DNA of 10,259 nucleotides from Myxococcota bacterium (GTDB lineage Bacteria; Myxococcota_A; Bradymonadia; UBA7976; UBA1532): NCBI GenBank assembly GCA_036337435.1, contig JAYZEG010000068.1, positions 1 to 10,259 of the forward strand, read 5' to 3'. Shown piece by piece: positions 1 to 6,953 of this stretch (position 1 is its first letter; each line of letters starts with the position of its first letter). The notes under the pieces were generated by a model. It saw only the letters and a program-made list of their open reading frames with translations, ran no database searches and was not told where the DNA came from. The position numbers and the translations under genes were made by a program.

Positions 1-1662
1 GTTAAGAGCATGGTATTTGATTTGATCAGAATTGACGCCTGGAGTTCCCAAAACGTCGCCCTCATGCCAAAGAATGAGTGCCCCATCAGGTCCGCCGGAG
101 AATGCTGGCCGCCTGATTATCTGGCCGGCAGGCGACCGATAGACCTCGTGGGGTCCGTTCGACACCGTACCATCCAAGCTAAGCAACAGCGTGGATATGC
201 TGTTTGTCCCTGTATAGGCCACTGTATATTGATTGCGACTAAAATACGCGTTTGGCTGCCGACCGATCAGAGGCTCGCCCGTTTGAGGGTGCCTCAATAC
301 GGCATCTGATATGACTCTCAATGGATCGAGACCCAATTTAATGGACGCGATGGCAGGGCCCTCTGGAAAGTTACCACTCGTATTCTCGTAGAAAATTGTG
401 ATGCCATCGCTGTCATTCGAGGCCACAAAATCTGTATTGAACCCAGGACCGATACGGAGTGCTTGGGGCAGCGGGCTATTGACGGGCAGTGGCTGAATGT
501 ACAAGCCTGCGGATGGGTTGGAATAAAGCGCATACCAGGTTCCATTATTCTCCATGATCACAGCGTTTTGCGCACTACGCCCTTGCCCCGAAGGTTCAAA
601 GACATGACGGCGGTTAGCCTGACCAGAAATCCACTCTACTACGATGTCCCTATCGACGCCTATTCGGCCGATAACAGCGACACCCGACCCGGCAGCCAAA
701 CCCCAGAATGTCTTAAAATCGGACACCTCTGCACTGGCGATTACGAAGACTCCGTTGGACCGTCTATAGGACAGATGGGATGCATAGGGGCTGCCATTTC
801 GGCGACCTGAGAGCGCCAGCCAAACACGCCCGTTGTTATCTTGTCCGGCGATCTGGGCTGAACCGTACTCGTCTAAGACAACGATGTTGTCGGGCGGACT
901 GATGAAATCGACTGTGCAATCAGGGCAGGCTTCGTCTGGAGCACCATCGCAGTCTTCATCTAAGCCGTTGCCACAGATTTCTGGTTTCGCATTGGGATGG
1001 GCGCACGCCCCCCAACGACCCGCCTGGCACACACGTTGCCCCGGTCCACACGGTGTATCGCAGGCCTCGACCTCATCCTCCACGCATGGACAAACACCGT
1101 CCGCCCCAGGCGGCTCAACAGAGCAGATACCCCAGCGTCCACCCTCGCAGATTTGTTCACCGGTTCCACACGGATTGGTACACCCTCGCTGACTGCCTTC
1201 GTCACAATCGGGACACGCCTCGTCGACCTCTCCGTCGCAGTCACCATCCAGCCCGTCACCACATTCATCTTGCGCTGCAGGCAAGCCTGCTGAGCAAATA
1301 GACCAAGCAAAGTTCATACAGCGCTCAACGCCCTCCCCACAGGCGGTCGAACATGGCCTGACATTGCCATTCTGGCATTCCTGCGAGGCCTCGCATAGCC
1401 ATTCCACGCACTCACCGCTTGGACAGGGCGTCTCCCCATCACAACTGTAGACACAGCGCCCCTCGCTGCACACAAGGCCCAGGAGACAATCACTTGAATC
1501 GGAACATAGAATCGGCCGACACGCGCCGTCCACACAGCGCAAATCTCCATCGCAAGCTGGCTGACACTGACTCGCGCTGGGCTCATTTAGATCAGAGCAC
1601 GCGACGAGGCATACAGTCAAGCTCAGCACCATGAACACAGACCTGGTCAACAATGGATTCAA
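1..1662 (-). CDS. Cys-rich lipoprotein with MopE-type (putative metal-binding) repeats and a C-terminal beta-rich, propeller-like region; 3' end beyond window
   Basis: Not in the ORF track. Hand translation of the minus strand gives 554 stop-free codons from TTG 1662 to base 1 (MNPLLTRSVFMVLSLTVCLVAC-SDLNEP...QIKYHALN). GGAG lies 7 nt upstream and the TTG overlaps the upstream TGA (TTGA). Alternative ATG at 1632. Lipobox LVAC (Cys codon 1599-1597). About 35 Cys in 916-1566, including ECGDGLDGDCDGEVDEAC and EICGNGLDEDCDGAPDEAC. The remaining ~300 aa are Cys-free and rich in short beta-type segments. Confidence 0.88.
   Translation of the reverse strand, partial: MNPLLTRSVFMVLSLTVCLVACSDLNEPSASQCQPACDGDLRCVDGACRPILCSDSSDCLLGLVCSEGRCVYSCDGETPCPSGECVEWLCEASQECQNGNVRPCSTACGEGVERCMNFAWSICSAGLPAAQDECGDGLDGDCDGEVDEACPDCDEGSQRGCTNPCGTGEQICEGGRWGICSVEPPGADGVCPCVEDEVEACDTPCGPGQRVCQAGRWGACAHPNAKPEICGNGLDEDCDGAPDEACPDCTVDFISPPDNIVVLDEYGSAQIAGQDNNGRVWLALSGRRNGSPYASHLSYRRSNGVFVIASAEVSDFKTFWGLAAGSGVAVIGRIGVDRDIVVEWISGQANRRHVFEPSGQGRSAQNAVIMENNGTWYALYSNPSAGLYIQPLPVNSPLPQALRIGPGFNTDFVASNDSDGITIFYENTSGNFPEGPAIASIKLGLDPLRVISDAVLRHPQTGEPLIGRQPNAYFSRNQYTVAYTGTNSISTLLLSLDGTVSNGPHEVYRSPAGQIIRRPAFSGGPDGALILWHEGDVLGTPGVNSDQIKYHALN
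916..1566 (-). repeat. Protein-level Cys-rich repeat array
   Basis: Three units of Cx3CGxGx3Cx3-4WxxC type (CSTACGEGVERCMNFAWSIC, CTNPCGTGEQICEGGRWGIC, CDTPCGPGQRVCQAGRWGAC). Two CG[DN]GLDxDCDGxxDEACPDC units (cores at 1213-1266 and 925-981). Short 4-Cys modules near the N-terminus. Confidence 0.85.
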
Positions 1663-3515
1663 AGACTTTCTCCGCACGGCTCGATCAAACATTGTGCGGG
1701 CGGCAAGTTAGACTCGGGGAATGGTGGACACTCATCACCCAGTGCGAGATCCGGAGCCCATGTCCATTGGTTATACTGAATTTCCCCCATAATCGAGGAC
1801 ACACCACAGAGATTAAACGAGCGCAGGTATGTCTTTCGAATAAGGCGAACAGTCTGTCGGTAGAAGACACCAAACTTGGTTCTCGGCACCACACCGTCAT
1901 AACTCGTCAGAGTGGTACTTGTAGATGACTCAGTGAAGGTGCGCTGATAGGCTTCTGTCTCACCTTCGGTAATGGTGTTAGACCGGGATTCACTGCCCCC
2001 TAAATCAATTGTCCGTCCTTCTGATATGGTGATCACGCGTCCCTCTGAATCGGTGGTCGTCTGAGCACGATTCAGTGCATACGCCCCACCGATGCTATTG
2101 CTCCGGGCATCCGTCGTTGTGGTCCCAAAGGACCGCGTCGTATTTCGACTGGACTGTGATGAAAAGCCCCGATTGGTGCTGGATTGGCGACCTATGGACG
2201 ACGAATTACTCTGCCGGCTTCCGCTGGTCACGGTCTGATCGCTACCCACGCTGCCACCAAAATCAAATACGGACACAGAAAGCCCAGCCTCCCAGGTGTT
2301 ACTTCGTATCGAAGAGGTCTCATACACCGAGGTGTCGTTTCGGGTCGTGGTATCGCCGATGTCTAACGATGTCGTCCAGCTCTCGCCGTTGGACGAGGCC
2401 GTTTGAAGAGAATTGGCTTCACTTTGACTATAGGTCACCCCGTAGGTTTGAGTGGTACTATCCCCTTCCGTCAAAGCGACTTGCCGCGTGCGGCTTTGCG
2501 CATCAGATGTTCCGATAGACACTGAATCTCTCCAAGTGTCGCTCCGAGTCTGTCCACGGGTGGTCGTCCAGCTGCGACTGAGGGTCACGCTGGCCGAATT
2601 CTGCCGCGTCTCGCTCGACGACTCCGAATACACCACATCAGTACCGAGGGAGCCCTTAAAACAAGAGCTGACGGGTACAGGTTCTAGAAACTCGGCTTCT
2701 TCCAAACGTGGGTCAGTGAAGTGGTCTAGGGGACGATGAACCGTAAAAGGGAGAATATTTTCATAGACATTTCCTTGGGCATCCTCAGCTTCAATGCTCC
2801 AAGAGGTCGCGTAGTAAGAGTCATCCGAAGCGACGTCATTGAGCATCAAAATGTTATCCGGTGTGCCGATCGTATCCGTCTGCCCAGTGGCCGCTTGCTC
2901 GATCAGAACCAATGGTTCCCCGTTGACCTGGCCCAGGATGTAGCGGAAAAGAACTGGCTCAAACCCAACAGCTCTCACCGTCATAATATAGGCGAGACCG
3001 CCTAACCCCCTCAAGGCAGGGACACCACAATCGGCGATGACAGGCTCCCACGTCTCAATGGCCAGTGAGGGCGCTATCTCGAGACGAATATCTTTGGCAG
3101 GTCCAATGGATGACATGCCCTCAAATGGGACACTCACCACGTAGACCTGTCCTTCAAAGTATCCGGGTTCCGCTCGGTCATCCGGCACAAACGGGTGATG
3201 AAAAGGACCGATTCGGGAGAGTCGCAGAGTCGCCCCCTCATCATTTTCTTCATCATAGAGCGGCGTCACCGTGACATCCACCGGATGCCGAGTACCGCTC
3301 TCACCGACAAAAGTGCCGATGAAATTCAGCCTTGAAATCCCATCGTCGGGCGACAAAACGTCTCTGGCTTGAAAATAAAGTGTCTCACCGATGACAACGG
3401 AGTCTCGGTCGGCACTCATCACGCGGGGACCGGACAGCGTTTCTTCGATGCGGTCTGAGCCGGCACAACCAAAACAGACGCACATAAAGACCGTAATAAA
3501 AACCTGACGGGCCAC
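1659..3515 (-). CDS. Lipoprotein with Ig-like N-terminal region and a giant Ser/Thr-rich beta-hairpin; putative beta-pore-forming or tube-forming protein (618 aa)
   Basis: Same frame as the 685-aa track ORF (1659..3716). A better start is GTG at 3515, preceded by GGAGGGGAGACAA, which gives the signal peptide MARQVFITVFMCVCFGC-AGS. Next comes a beta-rich region (GPRVMSADRDSVVIGETLYF, IPT/Ig-like by inspection), then a 244-aa S/T-rich alternating segment (1899-2630), then VVPRTKFGVFYRQTVRLIR and a Cys/Pro C-terminus. The CDS is secure; the function is inferred. Confidence 0.85.
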   Translation of the reverse strand: MARQVFITVFMCVCFGCAGSDRIEETLSGPRVMSADRDSVVIGETLYFQARDVLSPDDGISRLNFIGTFVGESGTRHPVDVTVTPLYDEENDEGATLRLSRIGPFHHPFVPDDRAEPGYFEGQVYVVSVPFEGMSSIGPAKDIRLEIAPSLAIETWEPVIADCGVPALRGLGGLAYIMTVRAVGFEPVLFRYILGQVNGEPLVLIEQAATGQTDTIGTPDNILMLNDVASDDSYYATSWSIEAEDAQGNVYENILPFTVHRPLDHFTDPRLEEAEFLEPVPVSSCFKGSLGTDVVYSESSSETRQNSASVTLSRSWTTTRGQTRSDTWRDSVSIGTSDAQSRTRQVALTEGDSTTQTYGVTYSQSEANSLQTASSNGESWTTSLDIGDTTTRNDTSVYETSSIRSNTWEAGLSVSVFDFGGSVGSDQTVTSGSRQSNSSSIGRQSSTNRGFSSQSSRNTTRSFGTTTTDARSNSIGGAYALNRAQTTTDSEGRVITISEGRTIDLGGSESRSNTITEGETEAYQRTFTESSTSTTLTSYDGVVPRTKFGVFYRQTVRLIRKTYLRSFNLCGVSSIMGEIQYNQWTWAPDLALGDECPPFPESNLPPAQCLIEPCGESL

Positions 3516-3865
3516 TTGTCTCCCCTCCAGTGACAATGGATTTGAACGGAGTGTAACACGTCTATAATCGATTCGCTGCCAAACTTGGTGGCAGCATTCA
3601 GACCGTAAACAAACAAAACTGCGCGGCAGGTCAACGTCCCGCGTGCGCCCAGCCGTCTCGGTCTGCCCTGATGGGTCGCAAAAAAATGTTTCGAGCTGAC
3701 AACCCCAATGGTCCATCTATCGCCGGCTCTCATGAGATAAATAGAACGGCTGAAAGTCCGACCCGGCTGTCTATCCGCCTCGGTCTCTTCTGTAGCGACC
3801 AACGGATTGAACACTGATTGGCCGGCCCATTGTCGCCCGACGGCCCGCGGAGGTGCCTAAGAAAT

Positions 3866-4267
3866 CTACCCCGACGAATTGGCGTCCAACCAAGTGCGTA
3901 TCAGCGCGTCTACATCCAGCATTTGCTGGGGCAAATGGGGGCCAAGATCCGTTTTGTTGGCAGCCTGGATCACCTTGTTGAGCGCGTCAGCCTGACGTCT
4001 CACCTGTGCCGCAGATGATAGAGCCAAGTAACTCTCCATCCAAACCTCCACCTTGCGTCGCGACACGATGGTCTCTGGCGTAAGATCGAGATTTTCCCGT
4101 TGGAGCTTTTCTTTCAGCCACCAGTCAGGATCGTATCGTCCATTGACCCCTGGCAGCGGCTTGCCCTTGCCAGGCAAATGATCCATTTCGCCCCGCTTCA
4201 TGGACGCATCGATCTGCCGGTCGATCCAAGAATCAAAGCTCAACCCCATGGGCTTACGCTCGGTCAT
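3866..4267 (-). CDS. DUF1992 family protein (DNAJC28-like conserved domain)
   Basis: 133-aa ORF with the family signature WIDRQIDASMKRGEMDHLPGKGKPLP...PDWWLKEKLQRENL. Shine-Dalgarno GGAGG upstream of the ATG (GTGGAGGGCGTAAATG). Confidence 0.9.
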   Translation of the reverse strand: MTERKPMGLSFDSWIDRQIDASMKRGEMDHLPGKGKPLPGVNGRYDPDWWLKEKLQRENLDLTPETIVSRRKVEVWMESYLALSSAAQVRRQADALNKVIQAANKTDLGPHLPQQMLDVDALIRTWLDANSSG

Positions 4268-4360
4268 TTACGCCCTCCACCAGGCACTAACTCGGCTGAT
4301 TTGAGCCGGTTCCATCGCCATCCAGAGCTTAAGCACAAACCATCCGAGGGCAAGGCCTAT

Positions 4361-5641
4361 TCAGGGGCTAATCGTCGCTCCATTACGCAAGATGCGAACC
4401 CAGATTCGATACCGCTCTGGGGACAACTCGCGCAATCTCGGTAGGCTGTCTTCGATGGCAGACAAGGCGTAAATGCGAGCGAACTCCGCCAAGTCTTCCC
4501 ACTCATTGCTATCGCCATAACGAGACGTCCGATTGTCATCGGCCCGAATGGCATTGCGCCAAATTGGGTCCAGGATATTACTCTGTGGCGCTAAATTCGG
4601 TTCATGACCCAAGCGGGTGTATTGTTCGAATGTATGACCCAACTCGTGGAGCAGAGTGGGCAACTCGACCGTTTGCGTATCGATGTAACTCCGACTGCCA
4701 TAAGCCGCAGCTCCATTGAAGTAAGACCGATGGAGGAACTGGATTCCTCGGCCGTACTCGGTGATGATTTTAAACCCATACCAATAGGCAATCGGGACAC
4801 GTTCTAACCGAGCGAGCACATCACCAATATCGGTATACTGGATGGGTGGATCGGCACTGATATTGACCTCGAACCTGATACTCGGCTCGTCATCATCAAG
4901 AGCGCTAAGTTAAACATGATACTTTGTGAGCGCGTGGTTGTCGTTGAGAGCATACGTACAGAGTGCCGCACCACAAAAGCGCCGATTGCACGTCGCACAG
5001 TCAATGTCAAAACAGACACAATCATCGCTGGCGGATTCTTGTAGAATGCGCGCGCGACCGTAGCGTGGATACTCAGCCCAATTCAGCGTCCTCTGAGGCA
5101 CGATGCCAGAGATGTATTCATTACCCACGCCACTCCAATCAAAATCCATTTCTTCGGGTGTGCCATCCGTGCCAGGGGACGGGTCGATAGGACCGACTGG
5201 AATTTCAGCATCCGGTTCTAAAGCCATGGCATCGGCAATTTGAGAATCGGCGATACCTGCATCGATATACGAATCCTCCGTGAGAGCATCGACCGTTGAA
5301 TCGGTAGTGCGCGCATCGAGTTGAGAATCGGGGCTATCATCTCGAACCATAGAATCAGGGTCTCTTGGACAAGCATGATTGTCAGTCAGGGGGTCGCCGT
5401 CACATGGACCGACGGGGTTCGCGCAATAGCCCCCACCGTCGCCGTCGGCAATACACGTCGGCAGCAGGTCGGGACAATCGGCGTGTTCCCGGCATGGGAT
5501 TTCGTCTAGACGGCTGTCTACTGTGGCGTCTTGTCCCCCCATCACCGAACCAGAATCTGGACTGCAGCCTGGGCCCAGAGCCATGGTAAACATAAACCAA
5601 TATCCGAAGAAAACAGACCGTTGGCAGGCTCGACACATCAC
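4361..5641 (-). pseudogene. Secreted/lipoprotein zinc metallopeptidase (HExxH...Y...ExxAE; lethal-factor/PPEP-like zincin) interrupted by a single in-frame TAA at 4910-4912
   Basis: Track ORFs 4910..5641 and 4361..4819 are in the same frame, and the 30 codons between them are open: ...LTKYHV*LSALDDDEPSIRFEVNISADPPIQYTDIGDVLARLERVP... The N-terminal part has a signal ending ALGPGC, a Cys module and an Asp-rich linker. The C-terminal part has LLHELGH (HELGH 4634-4648) and YGDSNEWEDLAE (4484-4519). Start is GTG 5641 or ATG 5638 after AAAGGGA. Could be a nonsense allele or a sequencing error. Confidence 0.72.
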
Positions 5642-5759
5642 GTCAGTCCCTTTCTGCTTTATCGGTGACCATCAAACAGCGTACGTCACACAGTAATGCG
5701 ACTTAATGTTCCAATACAAGGACGCACGCAATTGCCTTTGTCGCGAGTCGTATGTCATG

Positions 5760-5789
5760 AGGTGAGCAAATCACAGGTGAGCAAATGAC
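5760..5789. repeat. Tandem 15-bp direct repeat (2 copies, 14/15 identical)
   Basis: AGGTGAGCAAATCAC (5760-5774) followed by AGGTGAGCAAATGAC (5775-5789), flanked by GTCATGA at 5754-5760 and 5790-5796. Confidence 0.8.
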
Positions 5790-5790
5790 G

Positions 5791-6663
5791 TCATGACCGT
5801 GTCCCTGATTTGGAATACGCCCCTTTTAAATTTTGAAAAAACTCGTGAGAAATCATCAGATTGGTCGCCAAAACCCTCAACCTCGTCGTCTCTTCGCCAT
5901 CATCATCGATGTGACAATCTTTCACAGTGAGCCCGAGTGCATAAAACCCTTGGCACGTCGGACATGCTTTGACTTTGATTTGTGCCAAGGCGTCATAGGC
6001 ACCGCCGTCGGCCATTGAAAAACTCAAAAGAGCCGCCTTGGGGTTGCGGGCCAGTTCAGCCTTAAATCTCTTTTTGTCCGAGCAGGCCGTACCATCCAGG
6101 TCGCCCGATTCCCAGGTGTCGGCTGACCAGTTATGGCATGATTCACAAAATGGGTCGTCTGCATGAAAGCCGCCACCAAACCATGCGCCGGCAACCACCA
6201 GACAGAGTTCGAGTGACCACAAGAATCCCAGGTAGCTGCCCTTTACTTGGAACAGCTCAAAGTACCAAATACCTTCCTGCATGATCTCAACGAGGCAGGC
6301 CAATAGACCATAGTCTGAGACGGGGGTGAGAAGTTCGTGGCCGCTCCAAGCGAGCACCCAAAACACCCAACCCACATAGGTCGCAAAGAGACCAATCAAA
6401 GCCCCGACTGCCGGGCCGATCCAAGATGACCGAATTTGCGCTTCGCGTGCCGCGTAGGAGACCGCGAAACCGATTGCACAGCCAAAGATTGGAGGCAACA
6501 AGACGCTAAAAAAGGAGTAGAGATAGTACATCCAATAGCCGTAAACAGCCCCCAAAAAAAGGGCGACGGCACAGCCCCAGAAAATGCTTCTTAAAATGCC
6601 AAAATAGGTAAATGCACCAGATGCCTGGTAGGGTGTACACTGTACGACCGCTGTCTTGCTCAA
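5791..6663 (-). CDS. Hypothetical integral membrane protein with about 4 TM helices and a C-terminal CxxC...CxxC domain
   Basis: Track ORF 5791..6687. The in-frame TTG at 6663 follows CAGGAGGGGGGC, so it is the more likely start. Hydrophobic segments include IFWGCAVALFLGAVYGYW, FFSVLLPPIFGCAIGFAV, IGPAVGALIGLFATYVGWVFWV and YLGFLWSLELCLVVAGAWF. These are followed by PFCESCHNW and ACPTCQG. Confidence 0.85.
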   Translation of the reverse strand: MSKTAVVQCTPYQASGAFTYFGILRSIFWGCAVALFLGAVYGYWMYYLYSFFSVLLPPIFGCAIGFAVSYAAREAQIRSSWIGPAVGALIGLFATYVGWVFWVLAWSGHELLTPVSDYGLLACLVEIMQEGIWYFELFQVKGSYLGFLWSLELCLVVAGAWFGGGFHADDPFCESCHNWSADTWESGDLDGTACSDKKRFKAELARNPKAALLSFSMADGGAYDALAQIKVKACPTCQGFYALGLTVKDCHIDDDGEETTRLRVLATNLMISHEFFQNLKGAYSKSGTRS

Positions 6664-6953
6664 GCCCCCCTCCTGTTTGTCAATCACGCTGAATCAGATA
6701 GCCCGGCGAAGCCCGCTGCACGATTGGTCAGTAAAGCGCAGCAAAAGATCCCCTGGCCTCATGAGAACACCAACCTAGGTCCGTGCCATTCCCCCGATAT
6801 GAAAACAGGTGCATCCTGTCCGAACGAAAATCCTTGCGAAGTAAAAAACACAGCACTAATGTCCAGCCAAAATAATCGGTTGTCGTTGGCCGCCTCACCA
6901 GCTTTCGTCAAGGCCGGAACAACTGCTGAGTTCAAAACGAGGAATAGATAATC

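Noticed and set aside
10..1634. Many short track ORFs (10..309, 463..810, 833..1192, 960..1310, 1314..1586 etc.)
   Set aside because: They are shadows of the long minus-strand Cys-rich gene (<1..1662) and have no recognisable motifs.
1899..2630. S/T-rich region read as a mucin-like disordered linker or a DNA tandem repeat
   Set aside because: It contains no Pro, shows strict i/i+2 alternation with a central phase flip, and has no visible nucleotide repeat unit.
3516..3814. N-terminal 67-aa extension of the 685-aa ORF, and ORF 3419..3814 (-)
   Set aside because: The extension precedes a strong Shine-Dalgarno, GTG and lipoprotein signal, and is not protein-like. The 131-aa ORF overlaps the real start out of frame.
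4910..4912. Selenocysteine or pyrrolysine readthrough at the internal stop
   Set aside because: The codon is TAA, not TGA or TAG.
5754..5796. Direct repeat as a CRISPR or IS end
   Set aside because: Only two adjacent 15-bp copies, with no spacers and no cas or transposase gene nearby.
6773..6788. Sigma-54-like TGGCACG on the minus strand upstream of the membrane protein gene
   Set aside because: The -12 element reads TAGG rather than TTGC, so the essential GC is missing.
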